Shown here piece after piece: positions 32,194 through 41,955 of a stretch of 64,000 nucleotides of DNA. Source of the DNA: Bacteroidota bacterium (GTDB lineage: Bacteria; Bacteroidota; Rhodothermia; Rhodothermales; Bin80); NCBI GenBank assembly GCA_026709065.1, contig JAPOTS010000035.1, positions 16,033 to 80,032 on the forward strand, in the 5' to 3' direction. The notes under the pieces were generated by a model. The model did not search any database, had not been told where the DNA came from, and was given only the letters and a program-made list of their open reading frames with translations. The first letter of the stretch is position 1; each line of letters starts with the position of its first letter. The position numbers and the translations under genes are program-made.

Positions 32194-32432
32194 TGTCAAG
32201 TAATTCTTAGCCACTCATAAGGCAATTACAAAGATTCATCTCCTTGAATAGCCATAAAATATACGCGTAAAACCAAACTTGATGTACTCCGTGATTTTAC
32301 TTAATGCTTTGAATATTTTTTCACTTGAAGAACATCATACTGTGGAACCGCAGCATTTAAGTTTCGCTTTGTGATCGTCAAAAAACCCAAGTTATAAAGC
32401 GGTTTGATACTAATTTTATTGATTGATTTGTG

Positions 32433-33539
32433 CTATTTTTTGTGCTCTTCAAATTGCTTCCATGCTATGATTCCGCCATCAAGGCTCTTTGCATGATGAA
32501 ATCCTTTATGTCTGAGAATGTGGGTCGCTTTGAGAGATCTAACTCCAGTTTGACAGTGTACGATAATTTGATCATTAACATCTGCATTAATCTCAGAAAT
32601 CCTATCAGAAAGTTCGTCCACTGACAATCTCTGATCAGCTCCCATCTCTAGAGAATCTGCTTCATGAGACTGCCGAACATCTAACAAATAAAATGGTGTC
32701 TGATTGCGGATTAATTTACCAAATTCATGCACTGTCATTATTTCGTCAGACTCACATACATTAACATACTCCACCAACTCGGTAATTTGTTGGCACTGCC
32801 CAGATCTTTGGCAATCAGGATTTTTTTGAAACGCAATAGTGTCCCAATCTGATTCTATTAGGTTGATCATGGCCATCCGGCCGATAAGTGGATTGCCGAT
32901 ACCGAGCAATAGTTTAATCACTTCATTAGCTTGTAGAGTGCCAATCAGTCCAGGTAATACTCCTAACACTCCGCTTTCTGCGCAATTTGGAATCAGATCA
33001 GAATGTGGTGGAGTAGGGTGGATGCATCGGTAACATGGACCGTCTTGGGCACCGAATATGCTGATTTGCCCCTCAAACTGATAAACGCTTCCAGAAACAT
33101 TTGGAATGCCCAATAATACTGATGAATCATTGACTAAGTAACGCGTTGAGAAGTTATCCGAACAATCAGCCACAATTTGATAATCTTTAAGAATGTCTAA
33201 TGCGTTCTCTTGATTCAGGCGAACTTCATGGATTGAAATTTTGATATTCGGATTTCGAGATTTCAGAGTTTTTGAAGCTGATTTCAGTTTAGATTCTCCG
33301 ATAGAAACGTCTTTATATAAAATTTGTCGATGAAGATTGCTGATCCCTACAATATCAAAATCAATTAACCCTAAGTGACCTATTCCAGCAGCTGCAAGAT
33401 ACAATGCCAAAGGTGACCCCAATCCACCAAGGCCGACAATTGCGACGGAGGATGATTTTAATTTCTTTTGGCCAGAGGTTCCAATTTCAGGTAGACACAT
33501 TTGCCGAGAATATCGTAGATTCTCGTCTTGGGTTAACAT
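32433..33539 (-). CDS. MoeB/ThiF-family adenylyltransferase fused to a C-terminal rhodanese domain (MoeZ-like)
   Basis: RYSRQ...VGLGGLGS nucleotide loop and a CYRC zinc/thiol motif. The C-terminal rhodanese has the active-site loop HCQTGVRS. Confidence 0.85.
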   Translation of the reverse strand: MLTQDENLRYSRQMCLPEIGTSGQKKLKSSSVAIVGLGGLGSPLALYLAAAGIGHLGLIDFDIVGISNLHRQILYKDVSIGESKLKSASKTLKSRNPNIKISIHEVRLNQENALDILKDYQIVADCSDNFSTRYLVNDSSVLLGIPNVSGSVYQFEGQISIFGAQDGPCYRCIHPTPPHSDLIPNCAESGVLGVLPGLIGTLQANEVIKLLLGIGNPLIGRMAMINLIESDWDTIAFQKNPDCQRSGQCQQITELVEYVNVCESDEIMTVHEFGKLIRNQTPFYLLDVRQSHEADSLEMGADQRLSVDELSDRISEINADVNDQIIVHCQTGVRSLKATHILRHKGFHHAKSLDGGIIAWKQFEEHKK

Positions 33540-33710
33540 GGGAGATTGGTTAAATATTGAGACATGAATTACGATTAGTAAAGATGAATCGCATAGAGAT
33601 GTGATACATCATACAGAGACCTGTATTTCTCTCACCAAATTAACGAATAATATTATTCGCTGGAACGGAAGTTTCATTAAAGAGGTATATCACATTTTAA
33701 GTTCACTCAT

Positions 33711-34175
33711 ATGAAATATAGCATAATCTTAATCATTCTCAGTTTCATACTTACAATCACCAATAGTCTAAATGCGCAATCTGAACAAGACCAAGTTCGA
33801 GATGTGATAGATCGTCTATTTGATGGAATGCGAGCAGGAGATAGCACGATGGTACGTAGAGTGATGCATAACGAGGCTCTGATGGCACGCGTTGGTAATC
33901 GGGGACTTCGCATTGAAACACCTGATCGTTTTGTTGAAGCGGTCGGTACACCACACGAAAGGGTGTGGGATGAAAAAATCTGGAATGTTCAGATTTCAAT
34001 AGATGAAAAGCTTGCATCCGCTTGGATGGAATTTGCCTTCTTCCTTGGAGATAAAATGCTTCATTGTGGAGTCAATTCAATGCAACTATATCAGACAGAA
34101 GACGGATGGAAGATTATCTACCTTGCTGATACCAATCGCTCACCCACCTGCAATCCCCCAGACTCTCAGCCCTAA
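33711..34175 (+). CDS. secreted NTF2-fold (SnoaL/DUF4440-like) protein
   Basis: Signal peptide, then an alpha+beta cone-like pattern (VIDRLFDGMRAGD...WKIIYLADT). Confidence 0.45.
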   Translation: MKYSIILIILSFILTITNSLNAQSEQDQVRDVIDRLFDGMRAGDSTMVRRVMHNEALMARVGNRGLRIETPDRFVEAVGTPHERVWDEKIWNVQISIDEKLASAWMEFAFFLGDKMLHCGVNSMQLYQTEDGWKIIYLADTNRSPTCNPPDSQP

Positions 34176-35680
34176 TCGTAAGCTTCTTTACTGACACAAC
34201 TACTCACGGGGACAGGATAGTCACCTGTGAAACATGCATCGCAATATCCGTAAGGGCTATCGTGCGCGTCGGACACCGCCTTTTTGAGACTATCAATGCT
34301 TAAATAAGCTAAGGAATCAACCCCAAGCCATGTTTCAATGGCCCCGACATCGTCAAACTTACTGGAAAGAAGCTCCTCTTTACTCGGAAAGTCCATACCA
34401 TAAAAACAGGGGCTTATGACCGTTGGTGATGCAATGCGAAAATGCACTTCTTTGGCTCCAGCATCACGAATCATTTTGATCAATAACTTTGCAGTGGTTC
34501 CACGTACAATTGAGTCATCCACAACAACCACAATTCGATCTTTAAGTAGGCCATCCACAGTGTTAAATTTGCAACGCACTCTCATTTCCCGGCTGTCTTG
34601 ACCCGGAGAGATAAAGGTACGTCCCACATAATGGTTCCTGATTAAACCAATGTCGTACTTGCATCTATATCCAAGTTTTTGACATTCACTGACATACCCC
34701 AGAGTCGCAGTATTTGAAGAGTCAGGAACTGAGATCACAAGAGGTGCTTTCTCTTCACTTGCTACACGAGGTACAGGGGCATCATGAGCTAATTGTTTTC
34801 CGCATTTTCTGCGGACTTTGTCAACCATCTCACCATAAACAAGAGAATCCGGGCGAGAAAAATAGATATACTCAAATACACATTGGCTGACACCTCGATG
34901 CGGACTCTCAAAGTGCTTCGTGACAAACGCTCTTTTTTGAGTGGATTCCTGATCAATGATAATGACTTCACCAGGTTCAACATCACGGATATATTGCGCA
35001 CCAATTAGATCAAAGGCGCATGTTTCACTTGCAATACAATAGCCTTCAGTATCATCGCCATTTGTTTTCTTAATCATGCCAAGCGACAGTGGACGAAATC
35101 CATTTGGATCACGTACAGCAATCAGACTCTCATCGGTTAGAAGGGCGAGTGCATAACCTCCTTGTACCTGAGCAAGCGCTTCTAGAATTTGATCAATCTG
35201 ATGTTTCTGGCGACTTTGAGAGATCAAATGGAGAATTAATTCTGTATCAGATGTACTCTGAAAAAGTGTACCTTGATCGCTAAATATGCGACGAAGTTGG
35301 GGACCATTTGAGAGGTTACCATTATGGGCAACAGCCAAATTACCATCTTTATATTGGACATGAAAGGGCTGAATATTGGCTCGGTTGACAGAAGATCCGC
35401 TGGTTGAATAACGCGTATGTCCAATTGCCGATCTACCCTTTAAAGACGAATGAAATAGACTCCGATCGTTAAAGACATCTAACACGAGCCCAAAATCTCG
35501 AACGGCAGACATCACCTTTTTCTGGCGGCCAGAATCATATGACGATGTTACGATACCGCATGATTCCTGTCCTCTATGTTGGAGGGCATGTAGACCAAAA
35601 TACGTCAGGCGGGCAGCATCTGGCGAATTGAATACACCAAAAATACCACAGTGGTCTCTAATACTGTCCATGCAAGCCAA
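34172..35680 (-). CDS. purF: amidophosphoribosyltransferase
   Basis: Ntn nucleophile CGIFGV and the PRPP loop VVVDDSIVRGTT. Confidence 0.95.
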   Translation of the reverse strand: MACMDSIRDHCGIFGVFNSPDAARLTYFGLHALQHRGQESCGIVTSSYDSGRQKKVMSAVRDFGLVLDVFNDRSLFHSSLKGRSAIGHTRYSTSGSSVNRANIQPFHVQYKDGNLAVAHNGNLSNGPQLRRIFSDQGTLFQSTSDTELILHLISQSRQKHQIDQILEALAQVQGGYALALLTDESLIAVRDPNGFRPLSLGMIKKTNGDDTEGYCIASETCAFDLIGAQYIRDVEPGEVIIIDQESTQKRAFVTKHFESPHRGVSQCVFEYIYFSRPDSLVYGEMVDKVRRKCGKQLAHDAPVPRVASEEKAPLVISVPDSSNTATLGYVSECQKLGYRCKYDIGLIRNHYVGRTFISPGQDSREMRVRCKFNTVDGLLKDRIVVVVDDSIVRGTTAKLLIKMIRDAGAKEVHFRIASPTVISPCFYGMDFPSKEELLSSKFDDVGAIETWLGVDSLAYLSIDSLKKAVSDAHDSPYGYCDACFTGDYPVPVSSCVSKEAYD

Positions 35681-35734
35681 TCAGGCACATTCCTAAAATT
35701 ACTTAAATCCTAAGAAGCTTAATGGGTTCATTTT

Positions 35735-37105
35735 TCAGTTAATCCCATTAGATTTTGTAGGCTCATTCAAGATTCTGATATAAACCATACCAATTCTATT
35801 ATTTTCAACATCCACTACGGTCAGCTCTAAGCCATGATGTATAGCGGTGAATCCAGGTTCAGGAATGTCGCCAGCTAAATGAAAAATTAGTCCACCAAGT
35901 GTCTCAAATGCATAGTCGTCGGTCTCAAGCCAATGGTTGAGTGTTTCATTTAGATCAATCAGATTTATTCGAGCATCGGCATGAAACTCCTGATTGCTCA
36001 CCGCGGTGATAAGAGTATCATCTCGTGCTTCGTCAAGTTCATCTTCAATATCTCCAACGACTTCCTCTAAAACGTCATCAAGCGTCACGAGTCCAGCAGT
36101 GCCTCCATACTCATCAACCACGATGGCAATATGAGTTCTGCGATGTTGAAAATCTTGTAATATATCGTCTAGTTTTCGGCCAAGAGGGACAAAAATAGGT
36201 GGCCTCATTATATGATTCAGATTCAGATCTGAGTCAGGATCATTGAGGTATTTCAGTAAGTCTTTGGCGTAAACGATCCCTTGAATCTCGTCTAGATGAT
36301 CTTGGTAAAGAGGTAGTCTAGAATGTCCACATATACGAATTAAATCAAGGGCTTCTCTCAATGAAGCAGTAACTGGAATAGCTGATATATCAAGCCGGTT
36401 TACCATAATACTCCTGACAGTCGTTTCTCCGATGTTAAGAAGTGAATGAATCCAACGTTGTTCATCTTCTTCAATTGAACCATGATCTTTACCGATCTCC
36501 GCCATGGCCTTTAGATCCTCCGAAGAGAGAACATCTGGGGCGTTAGCACTCGCTAACCTATGGTAGATCTTTTGGACGGTATCTGTCAATTTTATCAATA
36601 AGTATATGACAGGAAATAGGGGGCGGGAGATCAATGCGAGAACACCTGCAATGCGACGACTGTAGGCAACTGAGAATCGAGTAGCAATGAGCTTGGGCGT
36701 GATTTCTGAAATAATTAATAACGTGAAAGTCAGTGCAACGACTTCTATAGCAAAAACAACCTTAGTCGGTAAGTTGCTGATCTCTGCTATGTCTTTTGTC
36801 ACCAGTGCAGCTAGGATAGCTATGGACACATTAATCAGTGTATTAAGAAATAAGATTGTAACAAGAAGATTTCTAGGTTTTTCCAGAAGAGTCAACACAT
36901 GATTACTTTTTTGATCATTCGCTTGCCCTAGTGATTCTTTATCAGTTGCACTTAATGAGAAGAGTGCTACCTCAGAACCAGAAACAATTGCACTAGCGAT
37001 GAGCAACAGCAGAAACACAATGATCTCTGTCGGGGATACTGGGAACTGTTCGATTTGGGTAAGCAGTCCCGATACCACTAAGTAGGGTCCTTCAGGAGGG
37101 TCCAA
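35735..37105 (-). CDS. CNNM/HlyC-CorC family membrane protein (DUF21, CBS pair and CorC_HlyC domains), GldE-like
   Basis: N-terminal 4-TM DUF21, a CBS pair and a C-terminal CorC domain. Its position near ssb mirrors the gldE-ssb synteny of Bacteroidota. Confidence 0.8.
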   Translation of the reverse strand: MDPPEGPYLVVSGLLTQIEQFPVSPTEIIVFLLLLIASAIVSGSEVALFSLSATDKESLGQANDQKSNHVLTLLEKPRNLLVTILFLNTLINVSIAILAALVTKDIAEISNLPTKVVFAIEVVALTFTLLIISEITPKLIATRFSVAYSRRIAGVLALISRPLFPVIYLLIKLTDTVQKIYHRLASANAPDVLSSEDLKAMAEIGKDHGSIEEDEQRWIHSLLNIGETTVRSIMVNRLDISAIPVTASLREALDLIRICGHSRLPLYQDHLDEIQGIVYAKDLLKYLNDPDSDLNLNHIMRPPIFVPLGRKLDDILQDFQHRRTHIAIVVDEYGGTAGLVTLDDVLEEVVGDIEDELDEARDDTLITAVSNQEFHADARINLIDLNETLNHWLETDDYAFETLGGLIFHLAGDIPEPGFTAIHHGLELTVVDVENNRIGMVYIRILNEPTKSNGIN

Positions 37106-37155
37106 ACTATTTAGGAGGTTGGTAGAAACGAACCATTAACTGCATTGGAAATACA

Positions 37156-38562
37156 TCAGAAGTAGTTTCCAGTCACAATAATAAAGATAAATACGATGAG
37201 AACGCATAAGGGGCAGATAATTTTCACTAAAAAACCAACAACCTCGCGTCCTGGCATCGGAAATGTCCGATCTTCTCCATCTTCAAGAGATGCAAGAAAT
37301 TTTGGAACCCCCCAAAACCATGCGACTCCAATACAAATAAAAATTGCTCCAATACTCAAAGAGTAGTTTCCCCAAATATTGTTATTGAGCGTCAAAAAAT
37401 CAAGGTTAAACGGAAGGATGGATTGTTCACCACCACTAAGTTGAGGGACAGCTCCAAAAGCAAGGGCAGAGGGAACGGCCAAAGCAAAACAGAAACCAGA
37501 AATCGCTGTCGCCGCCTTGTTACGGCGCCAACCTTTTTCATCAACAAAATATGCAACCGCTACTTCAAGTAAACTCACAGTCGATGTCAATGCAGCAATT
37601 GTAAGTAATGAGAAAAACGCAATAGCAAAGAAACTGCCGAAAGGCATTTGATTAAAAATTGTTGGTAAAACCACAAAGACTAGACCAGGGCCAGCATTGG
37701 GCTCTGCACCAGCAAAGAACAGGGTAGGGAAAATGATCAGACCAGCCAATAAAGCGATGCCTGTATCTGCGATAGCGATGTAGGTCCCTGATTTCCAGAG
37801 GTTTTCACGTTTAGAAGCATAAGATCCATAAGTGATCATTGCTCCCATGCCTAAACTTAAACTGAATAATGCTTGTCCTAAAGCTCCCATAACTACATTT
37901 AAGCTAAGCTTAGACCAGTCTGGAGTAAAAAGGTAGATAATTCCATCAATCCCTCCAGGGAGAGTCAACGCTTGTATCGCGAGAGCGATCAATAGAATCA
38001 ACAGAGCTGGCATTAAAAATTTAGTCGCTCGTTCAATTCCTTTTGCCACACCGCCACGAACAACTAAGAGCGTGATAGCAAGAAAAATGCCAGACAGTAA
38101 AACTGGCCATAACGGATCTGCAACGAACGAAGAAAAGACTGCTCCGCTTGATTCGCCGTCGGTTGCCTCGGCCAAAGTTCCAGATAACGACTTGCCCAAA
38201 TATCCAACAGTCCATCCAGCAATGACTGAATAAAATGCTAAAATTGCAGTACCAGTCAGGACACCAAGTCCCCCAACATAAGGCCAGAATTTTCCAGGGA
38301 TTAACGCTTTAAATGCCCCGACAGGATTTCTCTGGGATTGTCGGCCAAGACTGAGTTCTGCCAATAATACTGGAAGGCCAATTCCAAGAACAAAAAAGAG
38401 GTAGATGATCACAAAAAGTCCACCCCCACCTTCGGAAACAGAGTAGGGAAATCTCCAGATATTACCCAATCCGATTGCGCTGCCAGCAGCAGCTAAAATG
38501 AATCCGATTCTACCAGTCCAATGCTCTCGGTCAATTGAGGCATTCTGTTGAGTGGCTGCCAT
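37156..38562 (-). CDS. sodium-dependent transporter, neurotransmitter:sodium symporter (NSS/SNF) family
   Basis: GLGNIWRFPY signature and 12 TM-like segments. Confidence 0.9.
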   Translation of the reverse strand: MAATQQNASIDREHWTGRIGFILAAAGSAIGLGNIWRFPYSVSEGGGGLFVIIYLFFVLGIGLPVLLAELSLGRQSQRNPVGAFKALIPGKFWPYVGGLGVLTGTAILAFYSVIAGWTVGYLGKSLSGTLAEATDGESSGAVFSSFVADPLWPVLLSGIFLAITLLVVRGGVAKGIERATKFLMPALLILLIALAIQALTLPGGIDGIIYLFTPDWSKLSLNVVMGALGQALFSLSLGMGAMITYGSYASKRENLWKSGTYIAIADTGIALLAGLIIFPTLFFAGAEPNAGPGLVFVVLPTIFNQMPFGSFFAIAFFSLLTIAALTSTVSLLEVAVAYFVDEKGWRRNKAATAISGFCFALAVPSALAFGAVPQLSGGEQSILPFNLDFLTLNNNIWGNYSLSIGAIFICIGVAWFWGVPKFLASLEDGEDRTFPMPGREVVGFLVKIICPLCVLIVFIFIIVTGNYF

Positions 38563-38758
38563 AAGATTAAATGCTAAGACGACTATTCAATGAATAATTT
38601 AACACAAAAAATTGAACTAATCTCGTCCCATTACAATAAATTCATTGAATTAGTCAAAAGGTGGTGAGTCATTAACATTCAATTCATCCATAAGACATCT
38701 TGTACAATTGCATGTAATGAGGCACATGGCCTCATTAGACAGCGACTGAAAATCAGAT

Positions 38759-39283
38759 CTAAAATGGTAAGTCATCTTCTGGGGTGACCGTGGAGGGAGC
38801 GGGTTGTGGAGGTGCAGCTTGTTGCTGAGGAGGTTGATATTGTGGTGCTGCAGTTTGAGGAGCTTGTTGAGGTTGAGGTGCAGTTTGTTGGGGGGGTACC
38901 GAATGATGGTAATTTTGTTGAGGCTGAGCATATGCTCCTTGCTGTACAGGTGCATCCAAAGCAATCGCTGTTTGTCCCTCAATTTCAGTTACCCATTTTT
39001 TTTGTCCAGTATTATCGTCATAGGATCGATTTCTTATACGTCCTTCAATAAGCACACGAGAATTCGGTTGTAGCAAATTTTTGAGGGATTCAGCTTTTTG
39101 TCCCCAAACCACAACAGAATGGGTGGCTTTACTCTCCATCGTCTGACCGTCCCTTTTCACATAGGTTTCGGTAGTGATGACACGCATATTGAGGACAGCA
39201 CTATTGTTTTGAGTATATCGTAGGTCAGGAACTCCGTCTACAACACCGATGATGAGGGCTTTATTTACGCTGATATTTTGCAT
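38759..39283 (-). CDS. ssb: single-stranded DNA-binding protein
   Basis: OB fold N-terminus (NKALIIGVV...), a Q/P-rich linker and an acidic tip DDLPF. Confidence 0.9.
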   Translation of the reverse strand: MQNISVNKALIIGVVDGVPDLRYTQNNSAVLNMRVITTETYVKRDGQTMESKATHSVVVWGQKAESLKNLLQPNSRVLIEGRIRNRSYDDNTGQKKWVTEIEGQTAIALDAPVQQGAYAQPQQNYHHSVPPQQTAPQPQQAPQTAAPQYQPPQQQAAPPQPAPSTVTPEDDLPF

Positions 39284-39557
39284 TTTATAGTAGTCTAATG
39301 ATTAAAATTGTTTTTACGCACGAACTTGAAAATCGTCCCAAACCCTTTCCCAAAAAATTGGACATCTCAATTTGGTCATTATTCTCTCCATTTCGTAGAT
39401 CTATTGTTGAAGCTTCATTTTTAGTCGCATCCAACCTTGTAACGGTAACATATACATTGATTCATTGCATTCAAAGTCAATGAAAATAGCTCAGGGTGAA
39501 TGCTAAAATTGATTTTTTAACGTTGGTACGCAAGACAGTGCAGAGACATCAATTTCA

Positions 39558-39979
39558 ATTTCCCCCTCCCTTGCGTGGATTACTGAATCGGAGGCGCACG
39601 GACACTTTACGGTCTTCAATACAGGAACACATCCTGTGGAGATGAAAGCCGAGCCAGACTTCGGGGTCATCGCATCCTCTGGCGAAAACAAGAGCATCGA
39701 TCCTTATCGGGGGCAAACATCCCTCCATACGCAATCTCACAGAGCATCTGAGTCTCTTTCCACCTCGGATGATCATTGCTCCTGGTGTGTCACAAACGGC
39801 GAGGTATATGGTGCAACGCGTAGAGCTGCTTCCGCAAGGCGGCTACATCTCTATGGTGAGTTTTTCCATGAATCAGCGGGTCTGAGCGTGCAAGGGCTAG
39901 TGCCTAAGACATCTGCAGGTGTGAAGATCAACTACTCAATGGTGGCTCCACTGGTCCTGATTCGTGGGGAGGGGGGAAT
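39558..39979 (+). ncRNA. candidate large structured RNA, family unrecognised
   Basis: GC-enriched with no credible CDS. A terminal helix (39558-39571/39966-39979, 14 bp) stacks on 39585-39591/39957-39963. Hairpins lie at 39621-39637, 39641-39671, 39762-39805 and 39820-39846. All six G-U pairs are valid only on the + strand. Confidence 0.5.
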
Positions 39980-40086
39980 AAAAATGTGAGACACCTGTAA
40001 AATCATTCGCTTGCATAGAGTCTATCGGATTCAATGCTGTTGCTAGGACATATTACAGGTTCAAATCTAATCATTCCACACGATTC

Positions 40087-40908
40087 GTGATAGAACCAAA
40101 AATTGATAAACACAATAATATGCATCAAGATCTCATAAATCCTGCCTATAATGAGAAAAATGATTCCACAGATCAGTGGGCTTTGTTAGTGAATGTCGTT
40201 CGCCAACTCCGGCAATTGTGCCCTTGGGATCGTAAGCAGACACATGCCTCCCTACGCCATTTATTGATAGAAGAAACCTATGAAACCATTGAGGCACTAG
40301 ATCATCAAGATATGCGTGAGTTAAAAATAGAACTTGGTGATTTATTACTGCAAATCATTATTCACAGTATCATAGCCGAAGAATCCAATGAATTCAATTT
40401 AGCTGATGTAATTGCAGGAATTACTAATAAAATGGTTGAACGCCATCCACATGTTTTTCAAGACACTGAAGTTTCTGAGGTCAAGGAAGTGCTCCAAAAC
40501 TGGGAATCAATTAAAGCCAAAGAAAGGGGAGGAGAATCCGTGCTAAGTGGTGTACCTTTCGGATTACCAGCTCTACTGTGTGCATATAGAATGCAGGAGA
40601 AAGTAGCCAACGTAGGATTTGATTTTCCAGATCAGAAATCGACTTGGGAGAAGGTTGAAGAAGAAATTCATGAATTCAAATCCTCAACGTCAAATGAGGA
40701 GCGTAGCCGAGAATTCGGGGATTTATTATTCGCGCTAGTGAATTATGCTCGTAAAAATCAGATCAATCCAGAAGATGCTCTCCGTGAATGTAATCGTCGG
40801 TTTCTCAAAAGATTCCAGCATGTTGAAGCCAATGTTGATGACATCAGGAATGCGACAATTCAAGAATTAGATATCCACTGGGAAGCCGCCAAACAACGAT
40901 CAGGTTAG
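40087..40908 (+). CDS. mazG: nucleoside triphosphate pyrophosphohydrolase MazG
   Basis: Tandem MazG EExxE motifs (LIEETYETIEAL; EEIHEF...ELGDLLF-type). GTG 40087 or ATG 40120 could be the start. Confidence 0.85.
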   Translation: MIEPKIDKHNNMHQDLINPAYNEKNDSTDQWALLVNVVRQLRQLCPWDRKQTHASLRHLLIEETYETIEALDHQDMRELKIELGDLLLQIIIHSIIAEESNEFNLADVIAGITNKMVERHPHVFQDTEVSEVKEVLQNWESIKAKERGGESVLSGVPFGLPALLCAYRMQEKVANVGFDFPDQKSTWEKVEEEIHEFKSSTSNEERSREFGDLLFALVNYARKNQINPEDALRECNRRFLKRFQHVEANVDDIRNATIQELDIHWEAAKQRSG

Positions 40909-40949
40909 ATCATGATCTCACGATATAAGATCTATTTTCATGATTATCA

Positions 40950-41408
40950 TTATTCGCTCACGATAAGAACTAAGTCATATTCGTGATCAATGATTTGAAA
41001 TGGCCTATCATAATAGGGAATCACATAATGCCCTTGACTGTCACGTGAAAGCTCAGTATAGTTAAAGGTGAGCATACCACTGTCATAAGAACCCTGAAAT
41101 GTAAAATCCATCATGATACGGTTTGAAGTGACACTTCGCTCCAACTCGTAACGTCGGACCTCATCAAATTCTGGTCCTACATGAAGAGAAATATCAGAGA
41201 CCTCATAGTTACGTCGAATCCGAACAGTAGCGGGAGTTGCTCCCTGCTGATATCCATCAACAAATAACCAAGCTCTTTTAGGGGAAACAGCTCCAGACGA
41301 AGTTGAATCTTTTGGTGCTCTTGAGGTAACAGAGACACCCATAGGAGTGGTGACACAACCCCCAATAAGCAAGACTAACAGTATGATTGGTAGTAGAACG
41401 TCTTTCAT
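40950..41408 (-). CDS. hypothetical lipoprotein
   Basis: Lipobox LLIGGCVT. I recognise no other motif. Confidence 0.45.
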   Translation of the reverse strand: MKDVLLPIILLVLLIGGCVTTPMGVSVTSRAPKDSTSSGAVSPKRAWLFVDGYQQGATPATVRIRRNYEVSDISLHVGPEFDEVRRYELERSVTSNRIMMDFTFQGSYDSGMLTFNYTELSRDSQGHYVIPYYDRPFQIIDHEYDLVLIVSE

Positions 41409-41955
41409 CTAAGAAGTGGATCGTAGTTAAAGATACGACAAAACACATACCCTCCTGCAATCATCATGATGAAAGTCAACCATCATTCAATGCTTCAACA
41501 GTGAAGTTTGAAAATTATAGACATGTCAATTCGATCCATGATTGTAGTAGCAATTCATATTGAAGTTTAAACATTGATTACCGTCTGACTGAATGTATCT
41601 AAATATTACCATTCGTTTTTTTATCTGACTGGTAATAACGGCTATGTTGGGTTTTCCGTATCATTGAAGCCATGACAGTCTCATCCATCCAATTTGAGTA
41701 GCAATTTGACAGATGCTATTCCCCTTGATCCATCATTCAATTGCTATTTTATATTCAGCTCTTTCGTAATAACTTACATACCTGCACAGATATGTCTATT
41801 GATATTTACAATTTCATCTTGAGTCATGAACCTAAGAGAGTCATTTAATCAGATTTTCCACAATGAATGCTTATTGTTCAATGATAAGATTCATGAGAGG
41901 TTGATTAAAATGATTTTATTTTTGTAACTTGTACTCAATTGTTCCATACAAATAT

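Noticed and set aside
38804-39073. Two + strand ORFs (38804-39073 and 38806-39051) antisense to ssb, plus 38650-38982 on the minus strand.
   Set aside because: They are shadow ORFs produced by the repetitive Q/P-rich linker of ssb and translate as low-complexity L/R/C or V/E repeats. ssb itself is unambiguous.
39558-39979. Tested whether the structured element is RNase P RNA, tmRNA, 6S or SRP RNA.
   Set aside because: Neither strand carries GAGGAAAGUCCGGGC or ACAGAACCCGGCUUA-type strings. The nearest are GAUGAAAGCCGAGCC and GUAAAGUGUCCGUGC, which are poor matches in the wrong places. There is no 5' GGGG with a 3' T-arm/CCA and no plausible tag ORF. It is too long for 6S or 4.5S RNA. I cannot fully exclude a very divergent member without a covariance-model search.
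40058-40067. ggttcaaatc, a T-loop-like string suggesting a tRNA upstream of mazG.
   Set aside because: The flanking bases do not form a T-stem (acagg versus ctaat). No acceptor, D-arm or anticodon-arm pairing can be drawn around it.
41480-41741. The 12-mer ccatcattcaat is repeated at 41480-41491 and 41730-41741 in the 0.5 kb leader of the MFS sugar porter.
   Set aside because: It is a single short AT-rich repeat pair with no dyad symmetry or further copies. That is insufficient to call an operator or mobile-element end.
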